Shown here: positions 63,243 through 64,000 of the stretch, piece by piece | Numbering within the stretch: the stretch's first letter is position 1 | Layout: the number at the start of each line of letters is the position of its first letter | Assembly: GCA_047285535.1 (NCBI GenBank) | Contig: JBJBDC010000001.1 | Coordinates: 2,752,136 to 2,816,135, forward strand | DNA length: 64,000 nt | Source: Synechococcus sp. | GTDB lineage: Bacteria > Cyanobacteriota > Cyanobacteriia > PCC-6307 > Cyanobiaceae | Direction of reading: 5' to 3' | Notes under the pieces: generated by a model | Told to the model about the DNA's origin: nothing | The model's database searches: none | Seen by the model: the letters and a program-made list of their open reading frames with translations, nothing else | Translations under genes and position numbers: made by a program

Positions 63243-64000
63243 TCATCGTTTCAGGGACCTTTTGGAGCGCTTGGAGACGGAAAGACAAAGGCCTAAAGCG
63301 AGAAAATTAACGACCATTGCACTGCGCCCGTAACTCATGAAAGGAAGAGGTATTCCGGTTACTGGTCCCAATCCAATTGTCATGAAGATGTTCACTACGA
63401 CCTGGAACATCAACATCGTGGCAACACCAATCACCACAAGCGATTCGAAATCGGAACGACTTTGGCCTGCGACCTGAAGGAGTCGACCCATCAACAGTGC
63501 AAATCCCAGAACCACTAAAACCGTTCCTACAAAGCCAGTCTCTTCTCCAAGAGCGCTGAAAATGAAGTCCGTATGTTGTTCGGGGATGAAGCGCAATTTC
63601 GTGAGTTGCCCCTGCAGTAGTCCCATCCCGATCCATCCACCCGATCCGATGCCTACCGTGCTTTGCAGCAAGTGGTAACCGCCTCCGAGCGGATCTTTTG
63701 TGGGATCCAGAAACAGAACGAGGCGATCACGCTGGTAGTCCTGTAAACCATGCATCCACATCCAAGGTGTGACGAGGGCTACGGCTGATTGAACGATCAT
63801 CACCAAGCCGATGGCCACTCGTTTCCAGGGCAAAGATCGGTAGGCAATGATCATCGTGACTGGAATCCACATGGCAAGACCCCATGGGCACATTCCAGCG
63901 AGTAAAGCCGTAGTCAGTGGTGAGAGCAGCAGAAACAGCCACTCAATTGGCATGCCTGACCAATAGAGCATTGTGAGTAGCAGCGCACCAAAAACCAAAG
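63243..64000 (-). CDS. rodA: Rod shape-determining protein RodA (5' truncated by window)
   Basis: GYHLLQS...GSGG, IPEQHTDFIF and GIPLPFMSYG motifs. Confidence 0.95.
   Translation of the reverse strand, partial: LVFGALLLTMLYWSGMPIEWLFLLLSPLTTALLAGMCPWGLAMWIPVTMIIAYRSLPWKRVAIGLVMIVQSAVALVTPWMWMHGLQDYQRDRLVLFLDPTKDPLGGGYHLLQSTVGIGSGGWIGMGLLQGQLTKLRFIPEQHTDFIFSALGEETGFVGTVLVVLGFALLMGRLLQVAGQSRSDFESLVVIGVATMLMFQVVVNIFMTIGLGPVTGIPLPFMSYGRSAMVVNFLALGLCLSVSKRSKRSLKR

Noticed and set aside
133..63942. Many long antisense or alternate-frame ORFs (e.g. 2131-2730, 34459-35217, 41630-42307)
   Set aside because: Shadow ORFs caused by codon bias of conserved genes on the opposite strand; no independent motifs.
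1..64000. CRISPR arrays, IS elements, prophage genes, HIP1 enrichment
   Set aside because: No repeat-spacer array, transposase, integrase or phage gene was seen; GCGATCGC occurs only sporadically.

Overview
A core-chromosome segment of a marine picocyanobacterium. Gene order and protein sequences fit marine Synechococcus (recognised from memory, not from a database search). From left to right it holds: the 3' part of psaA, psaB, a decayed fatty-acid desaturase, a lone RND transporter, psaL-psaI and cell-wall genes. Next is a ~6.4 kb AT-rich island at the 3' end of tRNA-Ser(GCU) carrying a complete type IV chromatic acclimation (CA4-A) cluster (unk10, fciA, fciB, fciC, mpeZ). The rest is housekeeping: alr, prfA, the rplC-to-rpmE ribosomal protein cluster, ndhN, ldpA, tRNA-Gln, recA, tyrA, crtD, curT, JAB/MoeZ, cobO, larE, gadB, speD, recF, tRNA-Arg, ppc, gshA, trpE, psaD, hik2 and partial rodA. 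The only obvious accessory system is CA4-A, which is already described; I cannot support a claim of a wholly new system. Most worth follow-up are: a Cys-free, AT-rich L36 gene missing from the ORF track; an apparent AUU start for recF; an 11-7-11 inverted repeat plus a tRNA T-loop 9-mer at the island's left edge; candidate operators (including a GTA-N8-TAC box) upstream of fciC; and a PsaL lacking the chlorophyll-ligand His.
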